Below, one piece after another: positions 27,977-36,968 of a stretch of DNA of 64,000 nt. Under the pieces are notes generated by a model. It was not told where the DNA came from and searched no databases. It was given only the letters and a program-made list of their open reading frames with translations. The translations under genes and the position numbers were made by a program. Source of the DNA: an uncultured Gemmatimonadaceae bacterium (GTDB taxonomy: Bacteria; Gemmatimonadota; Gemmatimonadetes; Gemmatimonadales; Gemmatimonadaceae); the NCBI GenBank assembly GCA_963761305.1, contig CAVXGK010000002.1, forward strand, positions 160,001 to 224,000, written 5' to 3'. Numbering within the stretch: position 1 is the stretch's first letter; every line of letters begins with the position of its first letter.

Positions 27977-28023
27977 TTGCCTTCCTACAGGACGCCGCCT
28001 ATCCTCTGTAGGAATCCTACAGA
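27977..28023 (+). promoter_or_regulatory. padR promoter and operator
   Basis: TTGCCT-N17-TATCCT overlapped by the palindrome TCTGTAGGA-A-TCCTACAGA, with an extra TCCTACAG half-site at 27983. Confidence 0.7.
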
Positions 28024-28035
28024 ACGGGCCCCCCT

Positions 28036-28368
28036 GTGACGTCCGACCAAGCCGACGTACTGCGCGGCACGCTCGACCTCCTCATCCTGAAAACGCTCAC
28101 CCTCGAGCCGATGCACGGCTGGGGGATCGGCGCGCGAATTCAACAGTTCTCGCGCGGCGTCCTCGACGTGAACCAGGGATCGCTCTATCCCGCGCTACAA
28201 CGCCTCGAACAGCGCGGATGGATCGACAGTGGGTGGAAGACCACGGAGAACAATCGCCGCGCCAAGTACTATCGCCTGACCGCTTCGGGACGGCGCGCCG
28301 TGGGCTCCGAGACCGACAGCTGGCGCCGGTACGTCGCCGCGGTCGAATTGATCCTCGAGACGTCGTGA
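28036..28368 (+). CDS. PadR-family regulator (acidobacterial type)
   Basis: GTLDLLIL, MHGWGI, GSLYPAL-x-RLE, ENNRRAKYY-x-LT. Confidence 0.95.
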   Translation: MTSDQADVLRGTLDLLILKTLTLEPMHGWGIGARIQQFSRGVLDVNQGSLYPALQRLEQRGWIDSGWKTTENNRRAKYYRLTASGRRAVGSETDSWRRYVAAVELILETS

Positions 28369-28378
28369 GAAGCCGCCA

Positions 28379-31030
28379 ATGAGTCTCCTGCACGCGCTGC
28401 GCGCGCGATTGCGCGCGATGTTTGGTCCCGCCGCCGCCGACCGTTCGCTCTCCGACGAGATCCGGTTTCACATCGATCTCGAGACCGAGAAGAACGTGCG
28501 GCTCGGCATGCATCCCGACGAAGCGCGCCGCCGCGCGCTCGCGCACTTCGGCGGCGTGCAACGCGTCCGCGAGGACCACCGCGACGTTCGCCCGATGCGC
28601 TGGCTCGAGGACGCGATCGCCGACTCACGCTTCGCGCTGCGATCGCTCCGTCGCGCGCCGTCGCTCGGCGTGGCGGCCGTCGTGACGCTCGCCCTCGGCA
28701 TCGGCGCCAACGTCGCCATCTTCTCGGCCGTGAACGCGGTGGTGCTGCAGCCGCTGCCGTTTCCGGCGCCGGACCGACTGGCGATGATCACCGAGGAGAA
28801 TCCCGAGAAGCACTGGCATTTGCAGGAAGCCGCGCCGGCCAACGTGCTCGATTGGCGCGCCGGCGTGCCGGCCTTTCAGGACGTCACGGCGTACGCCGAT
28901 TTTCTTGGGACGTCGACGCTCACCGGCCGAGGTGATCCGCAGACGATACAGGTCGTCTACGCCGCGGGGAATTTCTTCTCCGTCATCGGCGCGCGTCCCG
29001 CGCTCGGCCGCACGTTCACCGACGATGAGACGTGGCGACCAGCTGCGGTCGCGGTGCTCAGCGATCGAGCGTGGCGCACGCGATTCGGCGGCGATTCCAC
29101 GATTCTCGGCAAGTCGGTCACGCTCGATGGCCGCGACTTCCAAGTCGTGGGCGTGATGCCGCCGGACTTCAGGTTCCCGTTCGAGAACGTGGATCTGTGG
29201 CGCTCCATCGGCTGGGACCCGAAAGACCGCGCCGACGTCGGCTTTCGCCGAGCGCACTGGGTACGCGCCGTCGCGCGACTCAAGCCCGGGGTGCCGCTCG
29301 AGACGGCGAACGCCCAATTGCAGAGCGTCGTGGCGCGCCTCAAGCAGCAGTATCCTGAGACGAACAAGTACATGGGCGCGCTGATGCTGCCGCTGCAATC
29401 GTTCCTCGTCGGCGACACGCGGCTGCCGCTGCTGTTGCTCCTCACCTCTGTCGCGTTCCTCTTGCTCATCGCCTGCGCGAACGTCGGCAACCTGTTGCTC
29501 GTTCAGGCAGCGGGCCGCGAGCGCGAAGCGGCGCTTCGCCTCGCGCTCGGCGCCGGTCGCGGACGTCTCGTGCGACAAGCGCTCACCGAGAGCTCGATGC
29601 TGTCCGCGCTCGGCGGTGCGGCGGGGCTGGTACTGGGTTGGGTCGGCACGCGCGCGCTGGTGCGGCTGCAGCCGAGCGGAATGCTCCGCGTGCACGACTT
29701 CGGCGTCGACGCCACGGTGCTCGCCTACGTGTTGGCGATCACCGTCGTGAGTGGACTCATCTTCGGCGTGGCGCCCGCGCTGTGGATGCGGCGCCGCGAT
29801 CCGGCCACGTCGCTCAAGGATGGGGGGCGCGGAGCAGGGCAGGGTCTCCGCGCCAAGCGGTGGGGCGAAGCGCTCGTCGTTGGCGAAGTCGCGCTCGCGC
29901 TCCTGATGACGACCGGCGCGGGTCTCATCGTGCGAAGCTTCTGGCAAGTCAGGAACGTCGACCCCGGCTTCGACTCGCATGGCGTGCTCACGGCACAGGT
30001 CGGACTGAGCCGAGCGTACGACACCGTTACCAAAGTCGACGCGTTCATGTCGCAGCTGGAGACGCGCGCGCGCGCGATTCCGGGCGTCACCGGCGCCGCG
30101 CTCGCGACGAGCATTCCGTTCATGGGGACCAGCTACACGAGCGACTACATCGCGTACGGTCGCGCGGCCAACGACTACGGCACCGAGATTGGACACCGCA
30201 CCGTCAGCGCCAGCTATTTCAACACGATGAAGGTGCCGCTCCTCAGCGGACGGATGTTCGACGGGACGGATCGCATCGGCAGCGTGCCGGTCGTGCTCAT
30301 CAACGACGCGCTCGCCAAGTCGTACTTCCGCGGACAGAATCCCGTCGGCCAGCGGATGTCGTTCGACAGGGTGCCGACGAACAAATCCGCGTGGTACACG
30401 ATCGTCGGGGTCGTGGCCAACGAGCACGTCGACGCGCTCGACATTCAGCCGCGCATCGAAGCCTTCAATGCGTCTTCGCAGTACCCGTCGAGCAGCACGT
30501 TCGTGTTGCTGCGGACGAGCGGCGATCCGTCGAATCTCGCGGCGTCGCTGCGCTCCGTCCTGCACGACCTCGACCCGTCCCTCGCGCTGATCGACGCCAA
30601 GCCGATGGACGATCTTCGTGCGTCGTCGCTGGCGCGCATTCGATTCCTCACTACGATGCTCCTCGGGTTCGCGCTCGTCGGAGTCGTGCTGGCGGTGGTC
30701 GGCGTCTACGGCGTGCTGGCGCACATCTCGCGCAATCGCACGCGCGAGATGGGGATTCGCGTGGCGCTCGGCGCGCAGACGTCACAGGTGCGATGGCTCG
30801 TCGTGCGGCACGGCCTGGCCCTGTCGCTAAGCGGACTCGCGCTCGGTCTCATCGTCGCGTCGTTCGCGACGCGGCTCATGTCGAAACTGCTGTTCAACGT
30901 GGCGCCGAACGATCCGCTCACGCTCGTCGGCGTTTCGGTGTTGCTCGTGGTCACGAGCCTGTTGGCCGCATCGCTGCCCGCGCGTCGCGCCGCGCGCGTC
31001 GACCCGGCGATCGCGTTGCGGGCGGACTAA
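28379..31030 (+). CDS. Duplicated orphan ABC permease (ADOP) with N-terminal prefix domain
   Basis: DEIRFH...GM-x-P-x-EARR-x-A-x3-FGG prefix, LALGIGAN, IACANV-x-NLLL, two FtsX domains. Confidence 0.93.
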   Translation: MSLLHALRARLRAMFGPAAADRSLSDEIRFHIDLETEKNVRLGMHPDEARRRALAHFGGVQRVREDHRDVRPMRWLEDAIADSRFALRSLRRAPSLGVAAVVTLALGIGANVAIFSAVNAVVLQPLPFPAPDRLAMITEENPEKHWHLQEAAPANVLDWRAGVPAFQDVTAYADFLGTSTLTGRGDPQTIQVVYAAGNFFSVIGARPALGRTFTDDETWRPAAVAVLSDRAWRTRFGGDSTILGKSVTLDGRDFQVVGVMPPDFRFPFENVDLWRSIGWDPKDRADVGFRRAHWVRAVARLKPGVPLETANAQLQSVVARLKQQYPETNKYMGALMLPLQSFLVGDTRLPLLLLLTSVAFLLLIACANVGNLLLVQAAGREREAALRLALGAGRGRLVRQALTESSMLSALGGAAGLVLGWVGTRALVRLQPSGMLRVHDFGVDATVLAYVLAITVVSGLIFGVAPALWMRRRDPATSLKDGGRGAGQGLRAKRWGEALVVGEVALALLMTTGAGLIVRSFWQVRNVDPGFDSHGVLTAQVGLSRAYDTVTKVDAFMSQLETRARAIPGVTGAALATSIPFMGTSYTSDYIAYGRAANDYGTEIGHRTVSASYFNTMKVPLLSGRMFDGTDRIGSVPVVLINDALAKSYFRGQNPVGQRMSFDRVPTNKSAWYTIVGVVANEHVDALDIQPRIEAFNASSQYPSSSTFVLLRTSGDPSNLAASLRSVLHDLDPSLALIDAKPMDDLRASSLARIRFLTTMLLGFALVGVVLAVVGVYGVLAHISRNRTREMGIRVALGAQTSQVRWLVVRHGLALSLSGLALGLIVASFATRLMSKLLFNVAPNDPLTLVGVSVLLVVTSLLAASLPARRAARVDPAIALRAD

Positions 31031-31043
31031 CGGCAACTGCTTC

Positions 31044-31077
31044 GACGCAGAGACGCAGAGACGCAGAGACGCAGAGA
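31044..31077. repeat. Tandem repeat (GACGCAGA) x4
   Basis: Four perfect 8-bp units between convergent stop codons. Confidence 0.88.
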
Positions 31078-31093
31078 ACACAGAGACGGCCGC

Positions 31094-31861
31094 CTACGTG
31101 GGCGGCGGAACGCGGTCGTCGGGCGGAACGAAGTTCGACAGGAAGAGCCGCTCCTCGGCGGTGAGACTGGAAAGTCCCTTGGCGCTGATCTTGTCGAGGA
31201 TGCGGTTCACTTCGTCGCGGTTCACCTCGTGCACCGACTTCGGGTCGACGCGCTTCCAGTTGAGGAGGTTGTCCTTCGCGACCGTCGGGATGGCCTTCGA
31301 CCGGAATTTTTTCGTTCCGGCGCGCATGCCGAGCCACTTGAGGTAGAGCCACCCGCCGGCCACGCCGCCCAGGTGCGCGAAGTCGGCGATTCCCGTGTGT
31401 CTCTGGCTGAAGCCGCTCCAGAGCGAGTACAGGATCATGAGGATGAGCGCCAAACGCGCTTCGAGCGGCAGAATCCCGAAGATGTAGATCTGCGCCGTCG
31501 GCCAGAACATCGCGAACGCCACCATCACGCCAAACACCGCGCCCGACGCGCCGATGATCGGCGCGTCAAACGCGAAGATTGCCGACACCAGCGCGCCGAC
31601 GATGCCGCTCAGCCCGTACAGCGTGATGAACCGCCGGCTTCCGAGCCGTTCCTCGACGCGCGGGCCGAAGAAGTAGAGGGCGATCATGTTGAACAGGATG
31701 TGCGTGATACTGGCGTGCGCGAACATGTACGTGACAACAGTCCACGGCCGGATCAAAAACAGGGCTGGAACGAATTCCAGCTGCTGCGTGACGCCGGCGA
31801 CCTGCTGCAGGAAGAAAACGATGATGTTCGCTACGATGAGTCGGCGGACCCACGGCGTCAC
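31094..31861 (-). CDS. Rhomboid intramembrane serine protease with C-terminal DUF6576-like tail
   Basis: HILFNM, IGASGA, AHLGG; tail V-x-RILDKIS-x2-G-x2-SLT-x-EE. Confidence 0.92.
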   Translation of the reverse strand: MTPWVRRLIVANIIVFFLQQVAGVTQQLEFVPALFLIRPWTVVTYMFAHASITHILFNMIALYFFGPRVEERLGSRRFITLYGLSGIVGALVSAIFAFDAPIIGASGAVFGVMVAFAMFWPTAQIYIFGILPLEARLALILMILYSLWSGFSQRHTGIADFAHLGGVAGGWLYLKWLGMRAGTKKFRSKAIPTVAKDNLLNWKRVDPKSVHEVNRDEVNRILDKISAKGLSSLTAEERLFLSNFVPPDDRVPPPT

Positions 31862-32028
31862 CGCACACACTCCTGCGAGAGAGGGAGAGAAGTCCTAAAG
31901 CTACATCGCCTGGTCCGGCAGGACTTCCGATTGCCCCGGACCGCAATCGCCTCCTATCGGGAACTGCCGCATCCAGTATTTTTCACGACAGCCGCGCCTC
32001 CGAGCCCCCCAAAAAACCCCCGACGACG

Positions 32029-33312
32029 ATGCCCTCTCGCGTCTCTACGCTCGCTCAGACCCTGCGTGGGTCGGCCATCCTGCGAATTGCCGGCGAAGTG
32101 AAGGAACTGGCGAAGCAGGGGAAACCGATCCTCGATCTCACCGTCGGTGATTTCAGCTCGAAGCAGTTCCCCATACCCCGCGAGCTCGAGGATGGTGTCG
32201 TCGACGCGCTGCGAGCCGGCGAATCGACCTATCCACCGTCGATTGGCCTCGAGTCGCTGCGGCAGGCCGTGCGCGCATTCTATAAGAAGCGCTTCGGTCT
32301 CGACTTTCCCCTCGAGTCGGTGCTCATCACGTCCGGCGCGCGGCCGGCGATCTACGCCGTCTATCGCGCGCTGGTCGACGCCGGGGATCGCGTCGTGTTC
32401 GGCGTGCCCTCGTGGAACAACGACTACTACTGCACGATCGTCGGCGCCGAAGCGGTGATGATCGAGTGCGACGCGAGCACTCGCTTTCTGCCGACGGCCA
32501 AGATGCTCCGTCCGCTGGTGCGCAACGCGCGATTGCTCGCGCTCAACTCGCCGCTCAACCCGACCGGCACGCTCTACGACGCCGAAACGTTGGCCGACGT
32601 GTGCGACCTCGTGCTCGAGGAGAACGCGCGACGCGGCGACCGGGAACGGCCGCTCTACGTCATGTACGACGCAGTGTACTGGATGCTCACGGCGCAGGGG
32701 CTCGACCACGTCGATCCGATCGTGCTCCGGCCGGACATCGCGCCGTACGTCGTCACCGTGGACGCCATCTCCAAGGCGTTCGCGTCCACCGGACTCCGTG
32801 TGGGTTGGGCGATCGCCGCGCCGGACATCATCCGTCCGATGAACGACATCGTGGGACACATCGGCGCCTGGGCGCCGCGACCCGAACAGGTCGCCACGGC
32901 GAAGTTCCTCGCCAACGACGGCGCGGTCGATCGGTTCGTCGAGCACATGCGCCGCGACGTGACGGCCCGGCTGGACGCCGTGTACAACGGAATGATGGCG
33001 ATGCGTGAGGACGGACTGCCGGTCGATTGCGTGCGGCCTCAGGGCGCGATCTACGTGAGCGCGCGCTTCGCGCTCCATGGGATGCAGACGCCGGACGGAA
33101 CCGTGCTCAACACCGACGACGACGTGCGGCAGTATCTGCTGCGCTCGGCGGGGTTCGCCGTCGTTCCGTTCAACGCGTTCGGCGCCCAGGGCGACCACGG
33201 GTGGTTCCGGTTGTCGATCGGCGTCGTGTCGGTCGAGCAGATCGAGGGCATCTTCCCGAGTCTGCGCCGGGCCATCGAAGCGTTGGGCGGCGTCCCGGCG
33301 GCCGCCGACTAG
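32029..33312 (+). CDS. Class I/II PLP-dependent aminotransferase (AspB-like)
   Basis: NSP-x-NPTG, YD-x-VY, SK-x-F-x2-TGLRVGW, P-x-GA-x-Y. Confidence 0.93.
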   Translation: MPSRVSTLAQTLRGSAILRIAGEVKELAKQGKPILDLTVGDFSSKQFPIPRELEDGVVDALRAGESTYPPSIGLESLRQAVRAFYKKRFGLDFPLESVLITSGARPAIYAVYRALVDAGDRVVFGVPSWNNDYYCTIVGAEAVMIECDASTRFLPTAKMLRPLVRNARLLALNSPLNPTGTLYDAETLADVCDLVLEENARRGDRERPLYVMYDAVYWMLTAQGLDHVDPIVLRPDIAPYVVTVDAISKAFASTGLRVGWAIAAPDIIRPMNDIVGHIGAWAPRPEQVATAKFLANDGAVDRFVEHMRRDVTARLDAVYNGMMAMREDGLPVDCVRPQGAIYVSARFALHGMQTPDGTVLNTDDDVRQYLLRSAGFAVVPFNAFGAQGDHGWFRLSIGVVSVEQIEGIFPSLRRAIEALGGVPAAAD

Positions 33313-33379
33313 CTCCGCGGCATGGACGCGAAGGACTTCACGACCCGCCCTGGCCCTCGCATCCGGGGGGCTGTCGGCT

Positions 33380-34276
33380 CTAGAGCTTCGATTTGGTCTG
33401 GTCCAGCGCCTCGCGGAGCCCGCGGGCGAGCTTGATCGCGTCTTCGTTGGCCCAGAAGTGCATGAAGTAGAGTTGGGGATCGGAGTCCACCAAGTGGCTG
33501 TGGAGCGCCGTCACGTCGATGCCGTTCTTCTTGAACGCGCGGATCACGGGATTCACCTCGCTGCCTCGCAAGACAAAATCGCCGGTGACCGCCGCCTTGC
33601 CGCTTCCAGTCGGCTGAAAGTTGATGGCCGTGGCGACGCCCATCGACGGCGGCAACTGGTGCCCCATTTCGGTGATCGTCTCGCTCCGCGGAACGGTGAC
33701 CTGGTACACGTTTCCGTTCAGACGGCCTGATACGCCAAGCGCCTTGGCGACGGCGCCTGTATCGAGGTCGGCAGACGGGGTGGCGGCCGGCGGCGGAGGG
33801 CCGATTGGCGTCGCGCTCTTCGCCAGCGCGGCCCGGACCGCAGAGGCGATTCTGGCCGGATCTCCTTCGACCATGACGTGCATGTACATCACGTGCGGCG
33901 ACTCGCTGAGCAGGTGGTTGTGCACGGCCGTTTGGTCGATCCCGCCCGCCTGAAGCGCGGCCATCACCGGGGCGATCTCGCCGTCGAGCAATACGAGATC
34001 GCCCATCGCCAGCGCCTTGCCGCCGCCCGTTGGCAAGAACGCCACCCAGCTTCCGAGCGCCAGGGCGGGCTTGAGCGTGACCCCGGCGCAGATCACGGTG
34101 AGGTCCGAGCGGGGAAAGTTGAACCGCATCACGTCGGCCGTTTGCGGAACACCCTTGCGCCCGAAGGCTTCCTCGACGGCCGACCACTGCATCGTCGGCT
34201 GCTGTGCCGCGATGCGAGGGTCAGGCGGGACAAGCGCCGCACACGTGAAGACCAATGCTGTCATTCGAGCGTTCAT
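33380..34276 (-). CDS. DUF1259 (LppY/LpqO-like) secreted protein, two repeats
   Basis: Duplicated GD-x-VL-x3-E...TA-x-H-x-HL-x4-P-x4-MH motif and a signal peptide. Confidence 0.85.
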   Translation of the reverse strand: MNARMTALVFTCAALVPPDPRIAAQQPTMQWSAVEEAFGRKGVPQTADVMRFNFPRSDLTVICAGVTLKPALALGSWVAFLPTGGGKALAMGDLVLLDGEIAPVMAALQAGGIDQTAVHNHLLSESPHVMYMHVMVEGDPARIASAVRAALAKSATPIGPPPPAATPSADLDTGAVAKALGVSGRLNGNVYQVTVPRSETITEMGHQLPPSMGVATAINFQPTGSGKAAVTGDFVLRGSEVNPVIRAFKKNGIDVTALHSHLVDSDPQLYFMHFWANEDAIKLARGLREALDQTKSKL

Positions 34277-34467
34277 AAGGCCGCCGAGAGCGAGGACCGT
34301 CGGAGGAAACGCTCGCGTCGATCGAGCTGGCGAGCGCGTCTGGTTCGAGAATACATAGCGACCGGAAGCGAGCGCTTCTGTTTCTTAGTCAGTGGCCGGC
34401 ATCCGGCGGCACTCTCCCTGCATCACAATCCTGCTCTGTACGCCATGCGGGGTCGGGAGTGCTGCCA

Positions 34468-34755
34468 ATGTTTTCGCTCGGGAACGGGGACGCGGAGCGG
34501 CCTCGCCGTCGCCAGTTCACGGACGCATCTGGGATGAACTGGAGCGTCTATGACGTCGTCAATCCGACGGCCGAAGGCGGCATTCCGGGCGAGTTCTTGT
34601 GCTTCGAGCGCGGCGTGGACCGGAGGCGCTTGGCCCCGATTCCCGCGGACTGGATCGCCTGCAGCCCGGCGCAGCTGGGGGACTATCTCAAGCGCGCGAA
34701 GGCGGTACACCGGTCGTTCGCCAGCCCCGACCAGTTTCGGGAAAGGCACCGCTAG
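34468..34755 (+). CDS. Small hypothetical protein
   Basis: RBS GGGAG; F-x-D-x2-G-x2-W-x-V...LCFE...RRRL-x-PIP-x-DW looks like a conserved small-protein motif. Confidence 0.6.
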   Translation: MFSLGNGDAERPRRRQFTDASGMNWSVYDVVNPTAEGGIPGEFLCFERGVDRRRLAPIPADWIACSPAQLGDYLKRAKAVHRSFASPDQFRERHR

Positions 34756-35080
34756 ACCGACACGGACGACCTCTCCTCACCAGAAACGACGAGCGCCGCG
34801 TTAGCTCGCGGCGCTCAGCAGTTTCGAAATCCGATCGCGGACGGCTCGGCCGTCGGCGCGCGTCATCGCGAGCGGACCACCACGGCGCGTCTGGCGGGCG
34901 GCAACCGCTGCGGAGAGCAGCAGTGCCCGCAACTGACGCCGGCGTTTGTCGGCGCCCGCGCCCTGCACGCGGTCTGTTTGGTCTCGTTCCTCAATTCGAT
35001 CCGACATACCTACCTCGAATGGCAAATGGGATGCCGATTCAGAGTATCGGGGCAATCCGGTTTCGCCTTAACTTTCGTCC

Positions 35081-35890
35081 ATGTCGATACAGTCACACGG
35101 GACCGTGCAGCCGCCCGAGACTCTCGAGGGATGGTTCGCCCTGCATCAGGTCTTTACGCATGATGCGGGCTCGCACGTATCACGACGCGACGCACGCATC
35201 GAATCGACACGGCCGCCCGTTTCGGCGGCCGACGGATGGAGCGCGTACGCGCGCCTCATTGGCAGCAGTCGCGACATGCTCGCCATGCACTTTCGTCCAA
35301 CTCTCGATGAAATCGGCGACGTCGGCCGAGCGGCGCGATGCTGGGCGGAGACGAACGAGCTGCGACTCGACTACAGTTTCTTGAGCGTCACCGAGGCCGG
35401 CCTCTACCACCTGACCGCGCAGTTGGCGCGCGAAGCGTCGGAGCGGGGCGGGGACGCCGCCGTCGGCGACGTGGCGTACGTCACCGAGTTGGCCAAGCGC
35501 GCCGACCAGGAACGGAAGAATCCGCACGTCGCGCGGCGCCTGTACCCGACGCTCCCGCCGGACATGCCGTACGTGTGTTTCTATCCGATGACGAAGCGTC
35601 GCGAGGCCGGCCAGAACTGGTACACGCTGTCGCTCGACGAACGCAGCCGCTTGATGCAGGCGCACGGACTGACCGGCCGACGGTACGCCGGCCGTGTCCT
35701 CCAGATCATCACCGGAGCGATCGGGTTCGACGCCTGGGAGTGGGGCGTAACCCTCTTCGCCAAGGACCCCGTCGACTTCAAGAAGCTCGTCACCGACATG
35801 CGGTTCGACGAGGTGAGCGCCAAGTACGCCGAGTTCGGCGAGTTCTTCGTGGGGAAGCTGGCGAACGCCGACGATCTCGTTCGCAGTTAA
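35081..35890 (+). CDS. chdC: Coproheme decarboxylase (chlorite dismutase/HemQ family)
   Basis: ETLEGW-x2-LH, FYPM-x-KRR, NWY-x-L, HG-x2-GR-x-YAG, EWGVTLF, MRFDEVSA. Confidence 0.88.
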   Translation: MSIQSHGTVQPPETLEGWFALHQVFTHDAGSHVSRRDARIESTRPPVSAADGWSAYARLIGSSRDMLAMHFRPTLDEIGDVGRAARCWAETNELRLDYSFLSVTEAGLYHLTAQLAREASERGGDAAVGDVAYVTELAKRADQERKNPHVARRLYPTLPPDMPYVCFYPMTKRREAGQNWYTLSLDERSRLMQAHGLTGRRYAGRVLQIITGAIGFDAWEWGVTLFAKDPVDFKKLVTDMRFDEVSAKYAEFGEFFVGKLANADDLVRS

Positions 35891-35940
35891 CCGGTCTACC
35901 GGTCTACCGGTCTACCGGTCTACCGGTCCACCGGTCCACC
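35891..35940. repeat. Tandem repeat (CCGGTCTA)x4 (CCGGTCCA)x2
   Basis: Begins at the first base after the chdC stop codon. Confidence 0.92.
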
Positions 35941-36007
35941 CGAAACCAGCCAGTCCGTCGCCCCGTAAGGTCCTCCGTCACGGTCCCCCTCCCTCGAGGC
36001 AGCACGA

Positions 36008-36418
36008 ATGTGGTCGGCGATTCGATGGCTGTTGCTGCGCATCGCGGCAATTCGCCTGGTGTTCAAGCTCGGCTGGCTCGGCCTGCTGATTCCGATCGCG
36101 TTTCTGCTGAAAACGATCGGGCTGCCGCTGCTGATCATCCTGCTGGTCCTGGCGATTCCGATCCTGTTGATGTTCTTCGTGTTCGGACTGCCGGTGTTCC
36201 TGGTCGTCTTTGCCGGCGGCGCGTTCATGGGACTCGTGAGCTTCGTGTTGACGCTCAGCGTCGCCGTGCTCAAGATCGGCTTGTTCATCGTCCTCCCGAT
36301 CTGGTTCGCGTTCGCCGTCGGCCCCCGAATCGTCCGCTGGTTCAGAGGCGGCAGCGGCGACTCGAAGCCCAAGGACGCGCCGCCGCCGGAAACCGGTGGG
36401 GACTTCGACGCGGGGTAG
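36008..36418 (+). CDS. Hypothetical hydrophobic membrane protein
   Basis: Almost continuous hydrophobic sequence with periodic G/P. Confidence 0.6.
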   Translation: MWSAIRWLLLRIAAIRLVFKLGWLGLLIPIAFLLKTIGLPLLIILLVLAIPILLMFFVFGLPVFLVVFAGGAFMGLVSFVLTLSVAVLKIGLFIVLPIWFAFAVGPRIVRWFRGGSGDSKPKDAPPPETGGDFDAG

Positions 36419-36420
36419 TC

Positions 36421-36455
36421 GGGTGGACGGGTGGACGGGTGGACGGGTGGACGGG
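36421..36455. repeat. Tandem repeat (GGGTGGAC) x4, reverse complement of the 4627 unit
   Basis: Four units starting 2 nt after a stop codon. Confidence 0.9.
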
Positions 36456-36479
36456 AGTTTTTGTCAGGAGTTCATAACC

Positions 36480-36824
36480 ATGTTCGGTTTCATTCGCGCG
36501 TTGTTCTTCGGAGCGCTCGCGCTCGTCGTACTGGTTCCGGTCGGGATTCTGCTGGCGGTCATCGGCCTCCCCGTGATCGCCGTGCTGGGCATCGTCGCGC
36601 TGCCGATTCTGCTCGTGCTGTTTCTGGTCGGACTGCCGTTCCTGGTGCTCTTTGCCGTCGTGCTCGGTTTGCTCGGCGCGGTGTTCGGCATCGTGTTGGC
36701 GTTCCTGTCGCTCGGCTTCGTCGTGCTGAAGGTCGCGCTGGTCGTGCTCATCCCGCTGCTCGTTCTCGCGTGGATCGTGCGGCGGGTGATGGGACCATCG
36801 GACCACTATCGGCTTGGCGTGTAG
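36480..36824 (+). CDS. Hypothetical hydrophobic membrane protein
   Basis: RBS AGGAG; repeated xGLPx hydrophobic pattern resembling the upstream ORF. Confidence 0.6.
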   Translation: MFGFIRALFFGALALVVLVPVGILLAVIGLPVIAVLGIVALPILLVLFLVGLPFLVLFAVVLGLLGAVFGIVLAFLSLGFVVLKVALVVLIPLLVLAWIVRRVMGPSDHYRLGV

Positions 36825-36968
36825 GGCCTTTGGCGGGCGCAAATATTCCTTAGCCCGACATAAGAAGGGCACCAACCGCGGCGATCCGGCACGTCGAGTT
36901 TGGCTCCGTGCCGCGCCGCCGTCTCCGCGCGGAATTTCCGGTCCCTGTTCTGCAATTGTAGTGGCCGA

